This document shows, piece after piece, positions 1 to 7,747 of a stretch of DNA of 64,000 nucleotides. The stretch's first letter is position 1; each line of letters starts with the position of its first letter. Location: assembly GCA_963705475.1 (NCBI GenBank), contig CAVPJS010000030.1, positions 147,684 through 211,683 on the forward strand, given 5' to 3'. This stretch comes from an uncultured delta proteobacterium. Its GTDB lineage: Bacteria; Desulfobacterota; Desulfobacteria; Desulfobacterales; Desulfosarcinaceae. A program made the translations under genes and the position numbers. Below the pieces are notes generated by a model, which searched no databases, was not told the DNA's origin, and worked only from the letters and a program-made list of their open reading frames with translations.

Positions 1-149
1 CTTACCCCGAGGACACCGCCGTCGACAATGGAAACGGTGTCGGGGAAGGAATAGCGGCGCTCCAGCTCCTCAACGACCCTGACACCGAAGCCCTCATCGG
101 AGAATAGAAGATTACCGACACCCAGGATCATGATATGGTCATTCGCCAT
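1..149 (-). CDS. [NiFe] hydrogenase maturation endopeptidase (HybD/HyaD family), N-terminal fragment; gene runs off the left edge of the window
   Basis: Reverse translation from ATG at 149-147 gives MANDHIMILGVGNLLFSDEGFGVRVVEELERRYSFPDTVSIVDGGVLGV. This is the typical GxGN..xDEGxG N-terminus of hydrogenase maturation proteases. It is absent from the ORF track because it is truncated. Confidence 0.7.
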   Translation of the reverse strand, partial: MANDHIMILGVGNLLFSDEGFGVRVVEELERRYSFPDTVSIVDGGVLGV

Positions 150-299
150 TGCTTCAACTCTTTTGATATTATTAGATGCTTAGCCTTTTCAATGACCCCA
201 GACGGTAATCGCCCGGAACAAATGCCCGGTCATCGGGAATGCAGCAAGAAGATGTGGTAGCATGGATTGATAAACGGTTCAAGGCATGATCCGCCAATG

Positions 300-327
300 A
301 AAAAAAGGACATCCGGCGGCGCCGGTC
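300..327 (-). terminator. Candidate intrinsic terminator after the exported-protein gene
   Basis: On the minus strand, a short GC-rich hairpin (GACCGGCGCCGCCGGATGTCC) is followed directly by T7. Confidence 0.5.
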
Positions 328-340
328 TTTCTCCTCCGGA

Positions 341-847
341 TCAGCGCCGGCGATTTTTAGGCAGGACCAGATTCTCCTCGTCGAGGCTCACCACGCCGAT
401 CCGCCCCGGGATCACGGTCACCGGTTCCTGCCAGGCGACCTTGTATCCGTCGATCAGGGCTGGAAATTTCACCAGCACAAAGTGGGCGCCGGGGGGCGCG
501 TTCAGAAAGGCGAAATTGCCGGTTGCCGAGGTTACGGTCTGGTCGATGAGATAGCCCGTTTGCTGCTGCTTTTGCTGAAAACGCTTGTAAAAATCGAGAT
601 GGCAGTTGTTGATGCAGTCCACTTTTCGTTGGTGGTTGGTTTCTTCGATACATTTTTTTGCCGATACGGGGATGGCATCGCTCACCAAAAACACGGACAG
701 GCGCTCGCCATACTCGGTTTGGCCGGCATCGTTTCTAATGGAAATGGAGCCCACAATCCAATTGCCGGCGAGGGCTTGGCCAATGTCTGCAGAACCGCCA
801 ACGGCCAGCACCACGGTTATGACGGTGATCATGTTCTTAAGCATCAT
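341..847 (-). CDS. Exported hypothetical protein with a C-terminal carboxypeptidase-regulatory-like beta fold suspected
   Basis: ORF 341..925 trimmed to ATGATG at 847, which is preceded by AGGAGG. The N-terminus MMLKNMITVITVVLAVGGSA looks like a signal peptide. There is a TGNFAFLNAPPGAHFVLV-type motif. Confidence 0.6.
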   Translation of the reverse strand: MMLKNMITVITVVLAVGGSADIGQALAGNWIVGSISIRNDAGQTEYGERLSVFLVSDAIPVSAKKCIEETNHQRKVDCINNCHLDFYKRFQQKQQQTGYLIDQTVTSATGNFAFLNAPPGAHFVLVKFPALIDGYKVAWQEPVTVIPGRIGVVSLDEENLVLPKNRRR

Positions 848-969
848 GCCTCCTTCATTGCCAACAGGATAGGTATTGAAACTATACTCAAAACATGAAA
901 TAGTAAAGGGGTTCTTCTGCCGCATCCTGAAAAATCATCTCTTTCGATCCGCTTTGCCTGGGGGGTTCG

Positions 970-2928
970 ATGAACCGTTCTTACATGGGAAAGGTACTGT
1001 GGGTTGACCTGACCACCGGTCGCATCACCATCGAAACCATCCCCGATGACCTGTACGATCGTTTTTTATCCGGCACGGGTTTGGCCGCATGGCTGCTTTA
1101 CCGGCGGATTCCGGCCGGAACGGATCCCCTGGGGCCGGACAATATCCTGGGTTTCGTGTCCGGAATTTTGACCGCCAGCGGCTCCCTGTTCACCGGCCGG
1201 TGGATGGTGGTTGGCAAAAGCCCGCTCACCGGCACCTGGGGCGATGCCAACTGCGGGGGCAACCTGGCACCGGCCATCAAAGGGTGCGGGGTCGACGGCA
1301 TTTTTTTCACCGGCCAGAGCAACCGGCCGGTTTACCTGTATGCCGACACCAAAGGGGCCGAATTGCGTGATGCCTCCCGCCTGTGGGGCCGGGATGCCGT
1401 CGACACAGAACGTCTGCTGGTGGAGGAACACGGCAGCAGACAGCGGGTCCGGGTTGCCTGCATCGGCATGGCCGGGGAGCGTCGTTCGCTGATATCCGGC
1501 ATCGTGAACCACGGCGGCCGGCTGGCCGCCCGCAGCGGGTTGGGGGCCGTCATGGGAGCCAAGCGGCTCAAGGCCGTTGTCCTGTGCGGCGCCCATCGCG
1601 TCCAGGTTCACGACCGCAAGGCCATGAAAACCCTGAGCCTGGAATGCAACAACCATGTGGCCTTTCAGCCGCCCTTTTTGAACGGTACCATGACCGCTTA
1701 CCTGGGCGCGCTCATGCGTGTGCTGCCCGCCCAGATGGAGCTCGACGGCATGCTCTACAAGATCATGTTGCGCAAATGGGGCACCGTCAACCAGAACCAG
1801 ATGGCCATCGAAATGGGCGATGCCCCGGTGATGAACTGGAAAGGTTCCAACCGGGATTTCGGATTGGACAAATCCAAGCTCATCGATCCCGACGAATTCA
1901 CCAAACCGGTGGTGGCCAAATACTTCTGCTACGCCTGTCCACTGGGCTGCGGCGGCATCAGCCTGGCACCGGACGGCAAGACCGAGGTGCACCGGCCCGA
2001 ATATGAATCGACCATCGCGCTTGGCGGACTGTGCCTCAACGAAGATGCCGACAGCATTTACTATCTCAACGAACTGCTGAACCGCGCCGGCATGGACACG
2101 ATCTCCGTGGGCGGCACGGTGGCCTTTGCCATCGAGTGCTTTGAAAAGGGGCTGTTGACCGCCACCGACACGGACGGATTGAAGTTGACCTGGGGCAACA
2201 CCGAGGCCATCGTCCACCTGGTTGAAAAGATGGTCGAACGGGAGGGCATCGGCGACCTGCTGGCCGATGGCGCCCACCGCGCGGCCCAGAAAATCGGCCG
2301 CGGTGCCGAAACCATGGCCATCCACGCAGGCGGGCAGGAACTGGGCATGCATGACGGCCGCTACGATCCCGGGTTCGCCCTCCACAACGTGGTCGAACCC
2401 ACCCCTGGCCGCCACACCATCGGGGCCTATATGTATTACGAAATGTTCCAGCTCTGGCAGGTCATACCGGATTTACCCGATCCCTCCCTGTTTTACCCGA
2501 AGCGCAGCAAGTACCGGGCAAACCGGGAAAAGGCCCTCATGGGGACCGCCTGCAGCCAGTACATGAACGTGGTCAACGGTGCCGGCTGCTGCCTATTCGG
2601 CGCCTTCATGGGAGCCCATCGGATTCCGCTGTTTGACTGGCTCAATGCCGCCACCGGCTGGGATCAATCGCCGGAAGCCTACCTGGTCGTCGGCCATCGG
2701 ATTCAGGCCGTCAAACAATTATTCAACATCAAACAGGGTGTCAACCCCACCGATATCCGCCTCAGCCGACGGGTCATCGGCGACCCGCCCCAGTCGGAAG
2801 GGGCCAATAAAGGCGCGACGGTCCCTTTGGAGAAACTGCGACGATACTACTGGTCTGCCATGGGCTTCGACCCGGAAACCGGCGTACCGACGCCGGAATG
2901 TCTGGCCCGTTTGAATTTGAAGATATGA
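970..2928 (+). CDS. aor: Tungsten-containing aldehyde:ferredoxin oxidoreductase (AOR family)
   Basis: 652 aa. The N-terminus MGKVLWVDLTTGRI...GTGLAAWLLY...GPDNILGFVSGILT...GKSPLTG and the overall length are typical of the AOR family. Confidence 0.9.
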   Translation: MNRSYMGKVLWVDLTTGRITIETIPDDLYDRFLSGTGLAAWLLYRRIPAGTDPLGPDNILGFVSGILTASGSLFTGRWMVVGKSPLTGTWGDANCGGNLAPAIKGCGVDGIFFTGQSNRPVYLYADTKGAELRDASRLWGRDAVDTERLLVEEHGSRQRVRVACIGMAGERRSLISGIVNHGGRLAARSGLGAVMGAKRLKAVVLCGAHRVQVHDRKAMKTLSLECNNHVAFQPPFLNGTMTAYLGALMRVLPAQMELDGMLYKIMLRKWGTVNQNQMAIEMGDAPVMNWKGSNRDFGLDKSKLIDPDEFTKPVVAKYFCYACPLGCGGISLAPDGKTEVHRPEYESTIALGGLCLNEDADSIYYLNELLNRAGMDTISVGGTVAFAIECFEKGLLTATDTDGLKLTWGNTEAIVHLVEKMVEREGIGDLLADGAHRAAQKIGRGAETMAIHAGGQELGMHDGRYDPGFALHNVVEPTPGRHTIGAYMYYEMFQLWQVIPDLPDPSLFYPKRSKYRANREKALMGTACSQYMNVVNGAGCCLFGAFMGAHRIPLFDWLNAATGWDQSPEAYLVVGHRIQAVKQLFNIKQGVNPTDIRLSRRVIGDPPQSEGANKGATVPLEKLRRYYWSAMGFDPETGVPTPECLARLNLKI

Positions 2929-2976
2929 TTGACCGGCACGCCCGCAAGGGCGCGGCCAACACGCCGAGGTTATCCC

Positions 2977-3438
2977 ATGGCTTACGCGATTACCCATGAA
3001 TGTGTCGGATGCAGTGTATGCATGCGTGTCTGCCCGGTGGATGCCATCGTGGGCAAGCCCAGGGAGCGCCATCGCATTATCCCTGACATCTGCATTGACT
3101 GCGGGGCCTGCGGCCGGATTTGCCCCTACACCAGCGTCAAGGACCCGGAGGGTCGGCTGTGCGAGCGGATCCGCATCCGCTCACGCTGGCCCAGGCCGGG
3201 GTTCGACGAAAAGCGCTGTTTGGGGTGCACCATCTGTGTAGAGGCCTGCCCCACGGGCTGCATCGATTTGAAAGCGGATCGGGGGTCCCGGGAAACCGTG
3301 CGTTATCCGGTGTTAAAAAAAGTGCGCAATTGTATCGGATGCGCCTTTTGTATGCAGGAGTGTCCGGTGGACGCGGTGAGGATGGAAGCAGCCGACGGGC
3401 TAGCTGGCATGGGCAAGCCCCTTCCCGGATCCAATTGA
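2977..3438 (+). CDS. Polyferredoxin with four CxxCxxCxxxCP 4Fe-4S motifs
   Basis: ORF 2929..3438 trimmed to MAYAITHECVGCSVCMRVCP. Four Cys clusters are present. It lies directly downstream of aor. Confidence 0.8.
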   Translation: MAYAITHECVGCSVCMRVCPVDAIVGKPRERHRIIPDICIDCGACGRICPYTSVKDPEGRLCERIRIRSRWPRPGFDEKRCLGCTICVEACPTGCIDLKADRGSRETVRYPVLKKVRNCIGCAFCMQECPVDAVRMEAADGLAGMGKPLPGSN

Positions 3439-3450
3439 TCCGGGAAGGGG
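3418..3450. terminator. Perfect 14-bp stem hairpin between convergent genes (no U-tract)
   Basis: CCCCTTCCCGGATC-caatt-GATCCGGGAAGGGG. It overlaps the ferredoxin stop codon and lies 12 nt from the hydrogenase large-subunit stop. Confidence 0.5.
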
Positions 3451-3461
3451 GCAGTTAGCGA

Positions 3462-5111
3462 CTAAATCACCTTGAATTTGTAAACCTGATTGGAATCCGG
3501 GTCGATCACGTGGACGCCGCAGGCCACGCACGGGTCGAAGGAGTGGACGGTGCGCAGCACTTCCAGGGGCTGTTTGGCATCGGCCACCGGGGTACCGATG
3601 AGCGCCTCTTCCACCGGACCGAGTTTGCCCTTGTCGTCACGCGGACCGAAGTTCCAGGTTGACGGCACCACATACTGGTAGTTTTTAATCTTGCCGCCTT
3701 CGATGTTAATCCAGTGTCCCAATGATCCACGGGGTACGTCGTTGAGACCCAGGCCCATCGCTTCGTCGGGCATTTCCCAGGGTGTGTAGGTCTGGGTGTC
3801 GCCGCCCTTGATGTTTTCCAGCAATTCCATGATCCAGCCGGGCATGGCCTGGCCGATGGCGATGGTCTCCAGTCCTCTGGCCGCGGTCCGGCCGAGGGTG
3901 GAAAACAGCGCAGCGGCGGGGATGTCCAGCTTCTGGAGCGTGGCGTCCACCAGCGGTTTGATTTCCTTGTGGCCTTTGCCGTAAGCGACCAGCACACGCG
4001 CCAATGGGCCCACTTCGCACGGCTCGCCTTCATATCTGGGCGCCTTGAACCAGGAGTATTTCCCGGCGTCAGGGCGGTACTTGGGATCTTCCTGAAGGGG
4101 CTTGGTCTCGCCCTTGTAGGGATGCAGGGCGGCGCCGTCCTCATACCAGGCGCGGGACACATTCTCGGCCACCTTCTCCTGAATGGCCATGGGGATATTG
4201 GCCAAGTCCCGTTTGCTGATCAGGCCGCGAGGCATGAACAGGCTTTCCGGCTCATTCTCCCCTTCGGGGAACTCGCCCCAGGCCAGGAAATTGGTGGTGC
4301 CACCGATGGCGCCCCAATCCTTGTAGAAGGAGGCAACGGCCACCAGGTCCGGAATGTAGACGTTATCGATGAACTCTTGGGTCTCCTTCTGCAGGTAGAG
4401 GAACTCGGCGATGCGGTCCGGATTGAGGTCGGCCACGCTGGTAATGCCGCCCACCACCAAAAACTGCGGGTGGGGGTTTTTGCCGCCGAAGACGGCGTGC
4501 ATGCGGGCAGCTCTGGCCTGCATCCGGAGGGCTTCGATATAGTGGGCACAGGCCATCAGGTTGGCTTCCGGTGGCAGCTTGTAGGCCGGGTGGCCCCAGT
4601 AGGCGTTGGAAAAGGGTCCCAGCTGGCCGCTGTCCACGAAAGTCTGGATACGCTGCTGGACCTGCTTGTAATAGGGTGTGCCGCCCACTTTGGCGTTGCT
4701 GACGTTATCCGCGAGCGCAGCGGTTTTCTTGGGATCGGCCTTCAGGGCGCTGACAATGTCCACCCAGTCCAGCGCGTGGAGGTGATAAAAGTGGACCAGA
4801 TGGTCGTGTTGGAACTGGGCGGCATGCATCATGTTCCGGATCAGTCTGGCATTTTTGGGAATCTGGACATTCACGGCGGCTTCGACTGCCCTCACCGAGG
4901 ACAGAGCATGGGTGTACGTTCAGACGCCGCAGGATCGGGCGACGAAATGATGTGCATCGCGCGGGTCGCGCCCCTGAAGAATCAGCTCGATGCCGCGGAA
5001 CAATTGGCCTGAACTCCACGCGTTGACGACTTTTCCCCCGGCCACTTCCACTTCGATGCGGAGGTGACCCTCGATTCTGGTAATTGGATCCACTACGACT
5101 CGTTTACCCAT
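3462..5111 (-). CDS. Periplasmic [NiFe] hydrogenase large subunit with one in-frame TGA (4922..4920) at the second Cys of the RxCGxC motif; probable selenocysteine readthrough
   Basis: ORFs 4920..5111 and 3462..4895 are in the same frame (1650 nt = 550 codons). Joined sequence: [23 protein letters not shown]...ARSCGV[TGA][13 protein letters not shown]...[27 protein letters not shown]. It is collinear with Desulfovibrio-type large subunits. Confidence 0.85.
4886..4904 (-). other. Candidate bacterial SECIS-like hairpin downstream of the in-frame TGA
   Basis: Minus strand: CUGUCCUC-GGU-GAGGGCAG, an 8-bp stem including one G-U pair. The stem starts 15 nt after the UGA. The apical loop contains GGU. 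Confidence 0.45.
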
Positions 5112-5144
5112 ATTTAGAACCTCCCTTTATTTTGAAATTGGCGC

Positions 5145-6086
5145 TTACATCTCTTCATAGAATGGGGTCATGGTGTCCCAAAAATTGGGCTGGCTGCAAC
5201 CGATGCACGGATGGCCCGCCTCCACCGGCCAGCTGGTGCCGTCATTGAACTTGGCCGTGGGGCAGTTGTTGTAAGTCTCCGGACCGCGGCAGCCCATTTT
5301 GTAGAGGCAGTAGCCCAGTGCGGCCTCTTGACTGCCGAACTCCTCCACGAATTCTTCGTTCTCGAAATGGGAGCGCCGCGGGCATTTGTCGTGGATGGTG
5401 CTGCCGAAGGCGAACATTGGCCGGCCCATGTCGTCCAGTTCGGGCAGTTTGCCAAGCATCAGATAGTTGACCACGGTGCCCACCAGATTGATCGGGTTGG
5501 GCGGGCATCCGGGGATTTGCAGGGGTTTGATGCCAATGGCTTCGCCAACCCCCTTATAGCCGCCTGGATTGGGCGCTGCGGCTTGAATGCCGCCGAACGT
5601 CGCACAGGTGCCGTAGGCGATGACGGCCGCGGCCTTGGGACAGACATCCTTGGCTATCTCCAAGAAGGAGCGGCCACCCACCTTGCCGTAACCGCCGTTG
5701 AATTTGGTCGCCACGCCGCCTTCGACGACACAGATGAACTTGCCTTCATACTTTTTTATCGCATTGTGCAGCTGCTCTTCGGCCTGATGACCGGCGGCGG
5801 CCATGATGGTCTCGTGGTATTCCACCGAAAGCACCTCGAGAACCAATTCGTCGACATAGGGATATTGGGATCGCAACAGGGATTCGGAGCATCCGGTGCA
5901 CTCGGCGAAATGCAGCCAGACCACCGGCGGGCGCTGCGCCGGTGCGGCAAACACCTCGGCCACCTTGGGAACAAAAGATGATGACAGTCCCATGGTTGCC
6001 GTCAACGCAGTGCAATACTTCATAAAATCTCTTCGTGAGACTCCTTTTTCCTTCAACCGCTGGTAAAATGATCGTTCCTTTTCCAT
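5145..6086 (-). CDS. Periplasmic [NiFe] hydrogenase small subunit with Tat signal
   Basis: ORF trimmed to the ATG at 6086, which is preceded by AGGAGG. It starts [25 protein letters not shown] (twin-arginine motif). CTGCSES and the C-terminal Cys clusters are present. Confidence 0.9.
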   Translation of the reverse strand: MEKERSFYQRLKEKGVSRRDFMKYCTALTATMGLSSSFVPKVAEVFAAPAQRPPVVWLHFAECTGCSESLLRSQYPYVDELVLEVLSVEYHETIMAAAGHQAEEQLHNAIKKYEGKFICVVEGGVATKFNGGYGKVGGRSFLEIAKDVCPKAAAVIAYGTCATFGGIQAAAPNPGGYKGVGEAIGIKPLQIPGCPPNPINLVGTVVNYLMLGKLPELDDMGRPMFAFGSTIHDKCPRRSHFENEEFVEEFGSQEAALGYCLYKMGCRGPETYNNCPTAKFNDGTSWPVEAGHPCIGCSQPNFWDTMTPFYEEM

Positions 6087-6515
6087 TGGCACCTCCTGAT
6101 GCTGATTATGGATGATTATGAAGCAAAAAAAAGAGAACCAGTCGTCCATGCGGCAATCCTAACGGCGCGGTCATGGTCGCACGGGTCCCACTTGTCTGTT
6201 CAACGGCGTTGGAACGTTTTAAGTTGGAAAGCATCAATGAACTTTGCGGACCATTCAGTTATCAGACCCAGTAGTCGGTAGTCGCTGTAGACTTGCAGGC
6301 GTGCACCGCTCCATGAGGAGGCTGCACGCGCTTTGTATTTCGGTGATTCTGAATTGATTTCGATGCAACGCGATGAAAAAATAAACGGCGTCTGGAACTA
6401 TTAGTGGAAGACCCAGGGCAAGTCAAGTTAAAAAGGGCGCTTTGGCTGTTGTTCAGGCTGGTTGGGGATCCCCGGCAGGTCACTGATTCGCGGGGCGGAG
6501 ATCAAAAGGAAGACA

Positions 6516-6553
6516 CCCAAAAGCGTCCGCTTGCCGGTGCAGACGCTTTTGGG
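6516..6553 (-). terminator. Candidate terminator after the acidic-protein gene
   Basis: 12-bp stem CCCAAAAGCGTC / GACGCTTTTGGG, followed on the minus strand by U-rich UGUCUUCCUUUU. Confidence 0.5.
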
Positions 6554-6574
6554 TTCATTGGCGTACCGTCGGGG

Positions 6575-7051
6575 TCAGGCATCGTCGATGCGAGCGTCCT
6601 CATCGGAGATCTTAATGGATTTTTTCAGGTCTTTGATAATCCCTTTCTCCTCGAAATCATCATCGATGTCATCATCGAGAAGATCATCCACCTCGATCCC
6701 GTTGTCCTCATCGTCATCGTCATCAGGCTCGCTGACGACCGACGCGACCACCGGTTCGAACATATCCCGCTCTTCGAAAAAGAGTTCGGCGGAAGCGTTG
6801 GCGCCAGGCTGAAACATCTCGACAATCGCATCGGCAATCCGTTCCGTGTAGGTCCCCGGTGGATACATATTGTGCGTACGAAGCGCCTGGATCAGGGCGT
6901 TGCGATCTTTTTCCATGGCCGCTTTGATCGCTGCGGCATCGTAAGTTTCTTCACACAGCAGGGAGAGCATCTCCTTGTCCAGTTCAGCATATTCCTGAAT
7001 GGCCAGTTTCCCGGCTTCACTGTCCAATAGAACCAAATACTTTTGTTTCAT
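6575..7051 (-). CDS. Hypothetical protein with a strongly acidic C-terminal tail
   Basis: ORF trimmed to MKQKYLVLLDS, preceded by GGAGGAAG. The C-terminus is SEPDDDDDEDNGIEVDDLLDDDIDDDFEE. Confidence 0.6.
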   Translation of the reverse strand: MKQKYLVLLDSEAGKLAIQEYAELDKEMLSLLCEETYDAAAIKAAMEKDRNALIQALRTHNMYPPGTYTERIADAIVEMFQPGANASAELFFEERDMFEPVVASVVSEPDDDDDEDNGIEVDDLLDDDIDDDFEEKGIIKDLKKSIKISDEDARIDDA

Positions 7052-7435
7052 ACACGTCTTCCTCCAGGGGCGATAGGGTGCTATTTTTTTTTGTGCACGG
7101 AGGAACATCACAAAACATCTTTGATGTCAACCATCATTTAAGGAATCTGTGAGTAACTGCTTTTGACGACATCCAACCTCGATGCCGCAGCCAAAAACCA
7201 AAATCAGGTGAGACAGCGATTGGGTATTATCCGCAAATGATGCAGGCAGCGGCAATAGGTTTGCTTAAAACGCACCACGGATGATCTTTAGTGGCATGGT
7301 ATTTGTTTTTCATGGCTCCGGCTTTCGATATAGGCAACCGAAAAGGGGGCCAGCCCTGGACCGATTCCGGGCTAACTGGGGATAAAAGGATTGACGCTGA
7401 TGGTCCGAAATGGTAAGGAGGCGACTTATTTCAGT

Positions 7436-7521
7436 GGAGGGATGGCCGAGTGGTTTAAGGCGGCGGTCTTGAAAACCGTTGAGCGAAAGCTCCGTGGGTT
7501 CGAATCCTACTCCCTCCGCCA
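7436..7521 (+). tRNA. tRNA-Ser (anticodon UGA)
   Basis: Acceptor GGAGGGA/TCCCTCC, anticodon loop CUUGAAA, long variable arm, T-loop GGTTCGAATCC, encoded CCA. Confidence 0.9.
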
Positions 7522-7541
7522 GACCCGAAAAGCTTGACCCT

Positions 7542-7634
7542 GGAGAGATGGCCGAGCCGGCTGAAGGCGCTCGCCTGCTAAGCGAGTGTGTGGTGAAAGC
7601 TGCACCGAGGGTTCGAATCCCTCTCTCTCCGCCA
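7542..7634 (+). tRNA. tRNA-Ser (anticodon GCU)
   Basis: Acceptor GGAGAGA/TCTCTCC, anticodon loop CUGCUAA, long variable arm, T-loop GGTTCGAATCC, encoded CCA. Confidence 0.9.
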
Positions 7635-7747
7635 ATTGATACCATTGCCCGATAGCCCGCTGATTCTGGGGGCTATCGTTGTTTTGACCGGGAGGATAGC
7701 ACCGCCTCTGTTCGATGGGTGGTGCCATTTCCCCATAGTCAGTCGGT

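Noticed and set aside
1066-2415. 449-aa ORF antisense to the AOR gene. Similar long antisense or alternate-frame ORFs occur at 13161..14147, 13591..14745, 17170..18432, 21508..23253, 42250..43938, 53208..53843, 54349..55374, 60555..61511 and 61737..62594.
   Set aside because: Each lies opposite, or out of frame to, a gene with clear family motifs. Their translations are Gly/Arg/His/Pro-rich low-complexity strings typical of non-coding frames in GC-rich DNA, and they lack an RBS.
3462-4895. Treating the hydrogenase large subunit as two separate genes (63 aa plus 477 aa), or as a dead pseudogene.
   Set aside because: Both pieces share one frame and are separated by a single TGA that aligns with a conserved Ni-ligand Cys. 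The putative internal start (MRAVEAAV) would lack the N-terminal metal motif. Readthrough as Sec is more parsimonious, although unproven.
6295-6332. GGTGCACGCCTGCAA (sigma-54-like spacing) and a GCGTGCA...TGCACGC inverted repeat upstream of the hydrogenase operon.
   Set aside because: The -24 element is TGC rather than CAC after the GG, so the match is poor. The 7-bp inverted repeat is short for GC-rich DNA. This is not enough evidence for a call.
7292-7306. Sigma-54-like TGGCAT-N5-TTGT upstream of the tRNA-Ser genes.
   Set aside because: The -12 element lacks the conserved GC. tRNA genes are not expected sigma-54 targets, and there is no activator context.
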